Origin: an uncultured Verrucomicrobiae bacterium
GTDB taxonomy: Bacteria; Verrucomicrobiota; Verrucomicrobiia; Limisphaerales; JAFGQR01
Direction: 5' to 3'
Length of the DNA stretch: 64,000 nucleotides
Assembly (NCBI GenBank): GCA_963788655.1
Contig: CAWBHS010000081.1
Span: 73,187 to 137,186 of the forward strand
Under the pieces are notes generated by a model, which was not told the DNA's origin, made no database searches, and saw only the letters and a program-made list of their open reading frames with translations. Positions 53,510 to 62,460 of this stretch are shown here, piece by piece. Positions within the stretch are counted from its first letter, which is position 1. Each line of letters opens with the position of its first letter. Position numbers and translations under genes: made by a program.

Positions 53510-56500
53510 ATGAGTAAACCAATTGATAGCCAAGTTGCCATGCGCTTTTCAAAACAGGCGGTACGGGGTTTTCAGTCGCCGTTCTTCATTGTTAATGCAA
53601 ACCGATTGCTGCTGCTGTTACTAATCGGCTTGAGTGCTCCCCAGTGCCTTCGGGCCGATTTTGTGGTGTTCGCGGGCGCGGGCAAACCAGTGCCAACGGA
53701 ATTTTCCCTGGTGACCACCAACCGGGAACTGGTCTATGGCGTCTCGGTGGGACAGTCACCGGTAGCGGGAACACCGGCCTATGAGACGTTTTCCGGGAAC
53801 GTAAGCTTCGGCATTCCGACGACGTACCTGTTACAGGAAGATCCTGCCGGCAGCGTACTCGCCCACGTTTTGACCGGGCTGAACCCCAATCGACGATACG
53901 CATTGAAAGGGACCACGATTCGAGGCGGTTATCCCGACCGCTGGACCTTGTTCGAGTTGCTCGGGGCGCAATCGATTCGTAGCGCGCACACCACCAATTG
54001 CCTAACGACCGCGCAAGTTCCGGATTCTGGCCGCCAACCAGGTCGCCCTCAACACCGGGGCCAACAACACGGCGGACACCGGTGATTGTTTCGAGTGGCA
54101 GGACGTGCAATGCAGTCCGGAAGGCACGCTGGTGATTTACAGCCGTCAATACACCGGGCCGGTACCGGGGGGAACTGCGGCGGGCGTTTATGCTTACGCT
54201 TTGACCTTTCTGCGGGTCGAGGAGTTCGGGGACGCTGCGGGGCCCGTCATCATCAGCCAACAACCCCAAAGCCGAACAGTGTTATATGGAGGCCAGGCCA
54301 CATTTTCGGTGAGCGCTTTTGCTTCGGGCGCGCCGGTCTCTTATCAGTGGCTAAAGGACGGAGCAGCCATCCCCAACGCTACCGGCAGCCTCTATCGAAT
54401 TCTCTATGCCACTTCGCCGGATGCGGGCGTTTATTCGGTGGTAGTCAGTAATACGGTTAACGCGGTGACCAGTGCGCCGGTGGCGTTGGTAGTGGGCTCG
54501 CCAGCGCCCTTCATTGTCGCCCATCCGGTCAGCCAGTTGTTCGCAACGGGAGCCGATTACGTGTTTGCCGTGCAGGTCGCGGGAGCACTGCCGCTGCACT
54601 ACCAATGGCAGTTTGAGGAAGTGGATCTGCCGGGGGCCACTGCCCACGAACTGTTAGTAGCGGGAGCGCAGCTTGAAAACACAGGCCGTTATCGGGTGCT
54701 CGTTTCCAACGGTTACGGAACGGCGATCAGTTCCAACGCCCTCCTGACTCCGTTCACGATTGACGGCGCGTTGAATTCTCCGAACTTAGATTGGACGATT
54801 TCGTACTTTGATGAGTGGCCGATTCAATCCCAGGTCACCCATGACGGTTTCCTGGCACTGCAGAGCGGACCGTTGAGTGGTTATAACGCCCAGGCAATCG
54901 AAACGACGGTGGAGGGACCATGTACGGTCGGCTTCTGGTGGAAACTCAGTTCACCGAACCAGACGAGCACCTACTCGTTCACCGTGCCTTGGATCGAGCA
55001 AGTTCGATTACGCGGCAACGCCGGATGGGAATATCATAACGTTTACATTCCCCCGGGGGCGTTTACGTTGAAGTGGCAAGTCAACAACAGCGGAGCGCCC
55101 ACCTCGGACAAGGTCACGGCCTACCTGGACGAGCTGACATACATTCCCGGAGGAAGACCGCCGCTGGTTCTGGTGGAACCAACGCAGCAGTCGTTACTGG
55201 CCGGGGCAGCCGGCACCTTCCGCGCGACCGCGGAAGGCTTTTCACCACTGCGCTACCAGTGGCAGTGCCACGGGGTCGATATGCCCAACGCCAACAACCC
55301 GGTGTTCACCGTCCACAACGCGCAAGCCGCGCAAGCCGGCACCTACACGGTCATCGTCTCGAATGACTACGGCAGTGCTTCCGCCAACGCTGAATTGAAC
55401 ATTGAAAATTCCGCGCCGGTTTTCCTGCCTTGCTCCACCAACCTTTTCGCCTTGCCAACCGGTGAGACCTGGCTCCGCGCGCGGCTGATCGGCAGTGAGC
55501 CTCGCAGTTTCCAATGGCAATTCAACGATACGCCCATCCCGGGCGCTACCAACGAACTTCTCCAACTCCGCAACGTGGACACTAATCAGGTTGGCCACTA
55601 TTCAGTCGTCGTCAGCAACACCTTCGGCCACGCCACTGGGCCGGATATTTGGCTGCAATTGACGGAAGTCCACCATGTCCTGCACATCAGTGTGGACGGT
55701 TTGGGCGCGACGCAGCTTGCCCGCGGCTTGCTGGATGATCCGGAACGATTCTCGAATTTTCAGCGGTTGCTCGATGAGGGTGCCGGAACGTTGAACGCCC
55801 GGTGCGACTATTTCGCGTCCATCACTGTTCCCAACCATCTTTGCATGTTAACCGGTCGGCCGGTTTTGCAACCGGAAGGCCAACCGGACACGGTGGCGCA
55901 CGGCTATACTGCGGACAGTTCGTCCCCCGGGGTGACCATCCACGCGTCCGGCAACACGAACGTTCCGTATAAAGCCAGTGTGTTCGACGTCGTCCATGAC
56001 CACGGTCTGAGCACGGTTTTCCTGGCGGGCAAATCCTCCTTGAGCATCTGTGCTGACAGCTACAATGCCGTCGCCGGAGCGCCGGACTTGATTCCGCCGG
56101 ACAATGGCCCCAACAAAATTGATTTCGCCCAAATCGCCAGCAGCGGTGTCTTGGTGGACGTGGTGGTTTCGAATCTCGTTTCGTCCAATTTCCCCAATTA
56201 TTCGTTTCTCCATTTTGCGGACACCGATTATGCCGGACACAGTTACGGCTGGGGCTCACCGGAATGGTTTGATGTGTTGGCCAACGTGGACACCATGTTA
56301 GGAAACATTTTGACCACGTTGGAAACCAATTTGCCTTATGCCGCCCAAAGCGTGATCGTGTTGACCGCCGACCACGGCGGCGGAGCCCCGGCAACGACGC
56401 ACGTCTATCCGACCGAACCGCTAAATTTCACCATCCCTTTGCTGGCTTGGGGACCTGGCTTTCCGGCGGGCGAGGACTTGTATTCGCTGTTTGCCAACCG

Positions 56501-56878
56501 GGAAGATCCGGCACCAATTACGTGGACTATAACGCCATCTGGCAGCCCTTGCGCAACGGCGACAGCGGCAACCTGGCGTTGCAATGTCTCGGCCTGCCGC
56601 CGATTCCTGGCTCCAGCATGATTCCGCGGCGGCCGGCCAGCGCCCCGCCGGAATTGACGATCCAAGTTCAGGACGCGCAAACGATGATTTCATGGTCCAC
56701 CGCCGCCCAAGGTTACCGTCTGGAAAGTTGTGAAGCACTTGGCGCAGTTACGCCATGGCTGCCTGTTACCGAAGCCGTCCGCACCACCGCCAACATTTTT
56801 ATCTATCCGGTGCCGGCGGGAACAGCGTCACATTTCTTCCGTTTGCAACGGGACAATCCCAGTCAGGAATCCTTCTGA
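53510..56878 (+). CDS. Secreted Ig-repeat / alkaline-phosphatase-superfamily protein with FFR tail (frameshifts ~54023 and ~56510)
   Basis: Four YQW/FQW..G.Y.V.VSN Ig domains; ISVDG, TVPNH, DYAGH, TADHGG; ends HFFRLQRD. Confidence 0.82.
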
Positions 56879-56940
56879 CAGGCCTGCTACGGAGGAGTTT
56901 CCTTGGAAACGCCAATGCCGGCCTGCTAAGGTCCGCTTCC

Positions 56941-58662
56941 ATGAAACGGATTCTTTGGCAAGCGTCGTGGCGGTTCAGGGCGGCCATCCTTCTCGGTATA
57001 CTTTTCCTCGTTGCCCTGACTAGCGACGCAGCGACGCTTGGACAGCGGGCCCGCTACCTCTCGCTGACAGCGTTGAAGAACAGTCCGCCCCCGTTTGCCT
57101 CGGTGGACTTCATCTATGGCCCAACGCAGAACATCGCCGGCAAAAACTGGCAATGGTGGCAGTTGGAGGTGCGGAGCGAGGCCGGTCAGGAAACGTCGCC
57201 GTTATTTCAGTTACGAGCGTTGACGTCAACGAATCCGCTGAAGACACCCGGAGACGCCCTTACCTTCGCCCGTTATATCCTCCGGCTGCCCGCGCTGAAC
57301 GAAACACTCGAATACCGCAATCGCCACACCGGGAACACGCTGTTGCCCGGTTGGAAGAATTTCAAACAACACTTCATTCCGCACGCTGCCGAGTCTTCAG
57401 GATGGCGACAGGAAGTTCCTGAAACCGGTGAATATCTCGGCCATGTGCTGACGTTGACGTATGTGGGCGGCAGCAACAATTGGGACGACTGGCCGGTGGC
57501 GAAGACGTTGGCGCTTGATCCGGAATTGCTCGTGGGCACTGGGCGAAATTTCAAGGACAGCGAAGGCCACCGCTTACCGCAACAACCCGAACGGCAAAAC
57601 TACAATTACATTCCCTTCGTGGCCGAGGACTATCGGGTGATGATCGCGGCGGGCATCAACCTGTTCACCATCAAACCCAACCAGGAGCAATGGGTGCGCG
57701 CGGAGCCGGTGTTCTACTTGCGCGGCCCGGGCGGCAACCCGCCGTTGCGCTACCCGGCCGACTTGTACCGTGCGAATTACCTGGGCTCGGTGATGTTCAT
57801 GGACGAGCCCTCGATCCTGATGGTGGGCGACCAGCTCATTCACAACACGCTGCGCTATTTTTCCGATGCGGCCACCCTCATCGAGAAACGGACCCGCACC
57901 ACTTATAAGTCAGCGGGCAATTATGGCGCCTATTCGTTGGAAAAAGCCCTGATCGGCCAGGGCGTCAACTTCGGCGACATGCGATTGATGCAATGGGATT
58001 ATCCCTCCTGGGAAACGCTCTACGACACGACCTTTTATCAAATGAAAGGCGGCGGTAATGGACTGGTACACGAAGGCCGTTACCAATTGGAACCGTTCGA
58101 CCAGGTAGTGGAAAAATTCACCGGCCAACCCCGGGCGCACACCGCCCGCGAGTTGCTGCAATACCACTACGCCTTCCTGCGAGGCGGCACGCGGCCGTTC
58201 GGCAAGTTTTGGGGCACGGCCATCTACGGCCAGTGCGATACGAACATCGCGCCGTTGGCAGTGACGCTGGCCTACGACATGGGCGCCCGTTACGTTTGGT
58301 TTTGGACCTCCGATCACGATCATCACGTTCCCTGGCAGGAGCAACTGGCGCTGGCCCGGACCTTGCAACAGCACGCGCAAGAGAATCCCCGTCCGTCGAT
58401 TTGCGGCACCCCACTCCAACTCGACGCGGCGATTGCTATTCCGAACGGCTATTTCTTATCGCTGGACAATCTTTGGTGGGTGCGTGTGCTGGACAATGAA
58501 GGCCAGAACGAGGCTTCCCAAAAGTACCGTCGCCTAATGCAACGGGCCTTGGCGGAAGTGCATCGCTGCCTGGACCGCGGGGAGAGCTTCGACATCACGG
58601 TGGACGATGGCCGGCCAATCAAAGGGTACCGCCGCGTTGCGCGGGTGGATGACCGACCGTGA
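56941..58662 (+). CDS. Secreted hypothetical protein
   Basis: Long ORF with signal-like N-terminus. Confidence 0.75.
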   Translation: MKRILWQASWRFRAAILLGILFLVALTSDAATLGQRARYLSLTALKNSPPPFASVDFIYGPTQNIAGKNWQWWQLEVRSEAGQETSPLFQLRALTSTNPLKTPGDALTFARYILRLPALNETLEYRNRHTGNTLLPGWKNFKQHFIPHAAESSGWRQEVPETGEYLGHVLTLTYVGGSNNWDDWPVAKTLALDPELLVGTGRNFKDSEGHRLPQQPERQNYNYIPFVAEDYRVMIAAGINLFTIKPNQEQWVRAEPVFYLRGPGGNPPLRYPADLYRANYLGSVMFMDEPSILMVGDQLIHNTLRYFSDAATLIEKRTRTTYKSAGNYGAYSLEKALIGQGVNFGDMRLMQWDYPSWETLYDTTFYQMKGGGNGLVHEGRYQLEPFDQVVEKFTGQPRAHTARELLQYHYAFLRGGTRPFGKFWGTAIYGQCDTNIAPLAVTLAYDMGARYVWFWTSDHDHHVPWQEQLALARTLQQHAQENPRPSICGTPLQLDAAIAIPNGYFLSLDNLWWVRVLDNEGQNEASQKYRRLMQRALAEVHRCLDRGESFDITVDDGRPIKGYRRVARVDDRP

Positions 58663-58779
58663 TGGAGCGTTGCAAAATCCGAAGCTCGACATGCAACCCG
58701 CTTGGAGGGTTCAGGTCAAGCGGCCGCCAAGTTTTGGCGTGGGGCAGTCATCTGCCGCGGTCGGATTCGGATCGTGCGC

Positions 58780-58850
58780 CTGATGGCTAATCATCATTTA
58801 CCATCGCCGGACTTTCACCGGCTGGACTGGCAGCCTTATGGGCTGCGAAC
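58780..58850 (-). mobile_element. Probable group II intron 5' end remnant
   Basis: Minus strand GTTCGCAGCCCATAAGGCTGC..GCCGGTGAAAGTCCGGC: two tandem hairpins resembling the start of domain I; non-canonical GUUCG start. Confidence 0.55.
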
Positions 58851-58997
58851 GAATCGACACGAACCGACACAAATGGCATGGGCAAACGAACTGTTTTCCG
58901 TTGAAGCATGAGTCACCGTCTGGTGACCTTTTGTTTTCGTTCAATACCCGATCAGAGTCTCAATCTGTATTCGTGTCCATTCGCGCCATTCGTGGTT
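58851..58997. repeat. ~10-nt-periodic inverted repeat with left arm clipped at the intron remnant
   Basis: gaatcgacacgaaccgacacaaat ... attcgtgtccattcgcgccattcgtggtt; the matching aaccac is missing on the left. Confidence 0.75.
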
Positions 58998-59066
58998 GAA
59001 TTGAATGGATACGGCTTAGCACCATGAAAGAGCCTGTTTAGCGCCCGGTCTTTGACTTCGATCCTC

Positions 59067-60404
59067 TCATTCGGTGTTCGGATTTCCCTTCGCCTGGGCG
59101 GAGTTCTGACGCATTTCGCGGACGATCTTCTGAAGACGCTGATGTTGTTCGAGATTGACCACCTGGAGGGCCTTGGACTTCTCTTGGGGCGACATTTTTT
59201 TGTTGTTCAAAATCTCCTGCCGGCGGCCTTCGACCAACTTGGTCATTTCGTAAATCGGTTGTACGGCTTGGGCCGGCGCGCCGTATTGGGTGGCGTAGAG
59301 TTGGGCCTGTCGATAAAGCGGATCTTTCGTAAGTAAAAACACGAGGTAACGGTCCGGGCTCAGGACTTCCTTGATCGCTGTGTCTCGTTGGCGTTGCCAG
59401 CGTTCCCGTTGTTTGGCGCTCATGGCTTCCGCGCTGCCGTAATCAAGCTGCATCGCATGGTCCAGCGGATCGGTAACACGGAATACTCTCCGAAACTCCT
59501 CCGGATTGGGATTGAAGCCGCGTAATTCATCACGCAACCGCGAGGCGTTGTACGAATAGCGCAAGAGAAACTCCTCCATTTCTTCGTCGTTGAGCTCGCG
59601 TCGCAACTCAGTGCGCGTTTGATCACGCAACCGGGCGGTGGCCACCGGGTTCTGGGCCTGTCCGGCATTCGCCTGTTCCCAGAAGGCCTGTTGCTGGCGA
59701 TCCAGCGATTGGCGGCAGACGGTTTGCACGGCCTGATGCTTCGAGGGCGAAAGCTTCCCCAGCACTGGGCCGGTGAGCTGCACGTCGGTCCAAAAAACGG
59801 CTTCGGTGTTTTGAGTTTGCGCCACTTCTTCGCCCAACAATTTGCCGATGAGGGCACGCTCGTCCTCTTCCAACTGGCGGGCGCGCTCTTGCAACAGGTG
59901 GGGTAACGTGGTCATCGCATAATAGGATTCCGGTCGCCACCATTGCGGATCGTTTTGCTTGGCAATCTGCAATCGCTTCTGGGCAAACAGTTCGTGGATG
60001 TCGCCCAACACAATCTGGCGCACCGTCGCCTCCGGGCAACCGCAGGTGCGCAGATTGCCCATGTAGGCGAGGTATTCGTCCGATTCCACATCCTGCCAGC
60101 TAAAACTCTTCGCGGCCGGCGTCGGTTTCCGAGACAACTCTCGGACGATGGTCGGTGGGGCCGACGGGGAATTCGTCACGGCAACCAGTGCAACCGGCGG
60201 AGCAGCAGTAGCTACGGTCGCCTCGGGAGAAGCGTTGAACGAAAGCGATGCGGTCCTGGATCCAGTCACGGGCGAAGACTTCGGAAAGCTGGTGGTAACA
60301 ACTTTGGGTTGCCGGTCCCTGGAAAACAGTGCGTAGCCCGCAATCGCCCCAACCAGGGCAACATTGAGAGCCAAGAAAACCTGCATCAACTGCCGCTCGC
60401 GCAT
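59067..60404 (-). CDS. Hypothetical membrane-anchored helical protein
   Basis: N-terminal TM, P/T/A-rich linker, FSWQDVES..Y..NLR..GCPE.TVR motif. Confidence 0.75.
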   Translation of the reverse strand: MRERQLMQVFLALNVALVGAIAGYALFSRDRQPKVVTTSFPKSSPVTGSRTASLSFNASPEATVATAAPPVALVAVTNSPSAPPTIVRELSRKPTPAAKSFSWQDVESDEYLAYMGNLRTCGCPEATVRQIVLGDIHELFAQKRLQIAKQNDPQWWRPESYYAMTTLPHLLQERARQLEEDERALIGKLLGEEVAQTQNTEAVFWTDVQLTGPVLGKLSPSKHQAVQTVCRQSLDRQQQAFWEQANAGQAQNPVATARLRDQTRTELRRELNDEEMEEFLLRYSYNASRLRDELRGFNPNPEEFRRVFRVTDPLDHAMQLDYGSAEAMSAKQRERWQRQRDTAIKEVLSPDRYLVFLLTKDPLYRQAQLYATQYGAPAQAVQPIYEMTKLVEGRRQEILNNKKMSPQEKSKALQVVNLEQHQRLQKIVREMRQNSAQAKGNPNTE

Positions 60405-60542
60405 ACTGTAATCTGCAATGCCAGTGACCATCGGGCCACGGGTGAAAAAACTTCCTAATTTTACGCCATCAGACGCGCAATCTCAAATCCGATCGGCGAA
60501 GGCCAACGTGCGGCCGGTAGAACCGAAAGAAATGGCGGGTAA

Positions 60543-60978
60543 GAATGACCAATGACCAAGCACCAAAGAAGGCCCAAAATTCAAGCCCTAAGCTGCATTC
60601 GCAAGGTCTGCCGCTGGTCGGCTGGGAATTGGACCTTGGACGTTGGTCATTTTCTGGTCATTGGGCAGTGGACATTGGTCATTTTACGGACGTCCCATTC
60701 CATACTGCCGGCAAGATGCCGGCAGCACGCTACGGCAACGTGCTGCCGGCGTCCCGCCGGCAGAAACGGATGGAACGGCGGGCAGCAAAGCCCAAGCGCC
60801 AAGCTCCAAGATCCAGAGAAGGATCAAGGACCGAGGACAGACGCACTCGCAAGGTCTGCTGTTGATTGGCTGGGATTGGGATCTTGGACCTTGGTCATTC
60901 GCTGGTCATTCGGCAGTGGTCATTGAGCATTTCACGGACGCCTCGTTCCAAACTGCCGGCAAGATGCCGGCAGCACGT
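60543..60978. repeat. Diverged tandem duplication of heptamer inverted repeat plus REP (ctgccggcaagatgccggcagcacg)
   Basis: 60601-60729 and 60849-60977 align; inverted REP at ~60739. Confidence 0.85.
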
Positions 60979-61022
60979 TTGCGCCACCGCAATGTTTTCT
61001 GCTCGGCAATGCCTCTCGGATT

Positions 61023-61325
61023 TCAATCCGCGAAATCGTACACCACGCACTTAACGCAATTGGGCTTGAATACCTTCTCCACAAACTCTACGTGCGCGGG
61101 ATTGCCCTGGTAATCGTCTTGCGCTTTTTTGTCGGTGAACACGATGTTCAAAGCCACTTGGTAGCTCTGGTCCACCACGGGACGATGACTGGCCACCATT
61201 TTGCCGACGTGGAAATTCACGATGCCCGGCGCCTGCGCCAGGTATTGTTTGGCGCCGGCCACGAGATCATCGGCGGCTTGTGGTTTCTTCGGATCAGACC
61301 AAAAAATAACGACGTGAGAAAACAT
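61023..61325 (-). CDS. Dabb stress-responsive A/B barrel protein
   Basis: FSHVVIFW, Y..HP.H-like (YQGNPAHVEF), VYDF. Confidence 0.88.
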   Translation of the reverse strand: MFSHVVIFWSDPKKPQAADDLVAGAKQYLAQAPGIVNFHVGKMVASHRPVVDQSYQVALNIVFTDKKAQDDYQGNPAHVEFVEKVFKPNCVKCVVYDFAD

Positions 61326-61658
61326 AGTGCTTTGCTTGAATTTGCTTTGTTTCGATGGCGCGCAGTGTCAATCATCTGAAGGCAATGCTGCAAGCGGGAA
61401 ATCCGGGGTGGCAAAACCGAAGCGACTCAAGCAATTTGCCCGGCTCGGGCTGTTGAGCTTGGAGAGCTTTTGCCAGGCATGAGCAACGACCGCGAGGTCA
61501 GGCCCGGTCAAAGAACGTTGGCTTGGATTCCTCACGGGTGGGGTTCACTCTGTCCAGCGAGGGAGCGTTTCGTCTGGGTACGGCGGATCGTTGGGGTCGC
61601 CGTTTGACTGAAAGAGTCATGTTCGAAAAATCTGGGGAATGGACCCCAGCGCGACAAC

Positions 61659-61695
61659 GGGGAGGTGGAGGTTCGATCCCTCCGCCTTACCCTCT
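61659..61695 (+). mobile_element. Probable group II intron domain VI / 3' end remnant
   Basis: GGGG-AGGTGGAGG-loop-CCTCCGCCT-T-[A]-CCC-TCT, bulged A 7 nt from the end; abuts a 5'-clipped REP; no domain V upstream. Confidence 0.55.
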
Positions 61696-61858
61696 GAGAC
61701 TCCGTCGAACCCTGATATTTCCGCATCGTTTCCGCAGTGCGGGTCGCGTTGACGTGGGAATCCTATGGCGTTCGAGGAACAAAGGTTTCCCTGTGCCTGG
61801 TATGGGGTTGACGAACGCGCTGCGGGGAAGTCAGGGCTCGACGGAGTCTCGCGCTACC
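61696..61858. repeat. Inverted REP pair, left copy clipped
   Basis: gagactccgtcgaaccctga vs tcagggctcgacggagtctc(gcgctacc), 19 of 20 complementary. Confidence 0.85.
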
Positions 61859-61874
61859 AGGTGGTTGGGGGCGG

Positions 61875-62114
61875 CGGCATTGCTTTGCGTCCCAACTGCT
61901 CTGGAGCGGGGCACGGACATTGATTCGCTCACGCCCGCTCGCTCATCTCTGGCGGGGCTTGCGGCGGCACCGCAATTCCTTTCGCGCCTTTCCAAGGCGC
62001 TCAAGTCGGACGCTCAAAGAGTTGCTCGGGCACAAGCGTGTGGAAACCACGATGATTTATACGCACCCGATGCGCCGGCCGGGCCTGGGCGTGCGCAGCC
62101 CGTTGGATCCGTAA
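61875..62114 (+). pseudogene. intI: Integron integrase C-terminal remnant with ~85-bp insertion
   Basis: RHCFASQLL / ERGTDI | insert | [34 protein letters not shown]: tyrosine recombinase box II plus the IntI-type VRSPLD tail. Confidence 0.8.
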
Positions 62115-62460
62115 ACCGGGAACGTGGATGGTTCACCGGGCTTACGGAATGGCAGCCGTTTCGGTTTATCCGGCGACGATGGGACCACCAATTCCGAACG
62201 CCAAGGGCAACAATCCACTTCCCCGGTTGGGCCGCGCGGTTGGCTGCCGCCGACCTCCCCGAACGGCATAAACATAGTTTCACGATCACTATCCGATGGC
62301 ACTTCAACTTCGGCCGCCGAGGCGGAATTATAGGGACATGGAAGGCTCGCTTTAATGGATTACTGCCACTTCGATCTTTCACCTCCGGCTTTCAATCCGG
62401 CACTGCTCCAATAACGCTCCACCTTTACTTCCGCCCCGCCGCGGGTTTAGCGTTTCACGC

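Noticed and set aside
61667..61683. tRNA T-arm (GGAGG-TTCGATC-CCTCC) or tRNA fragment/att site
   Set aside because: No acceptor, D or anticodon arms and no CCA; the longer stem with a bulged A fits intron domain VI better
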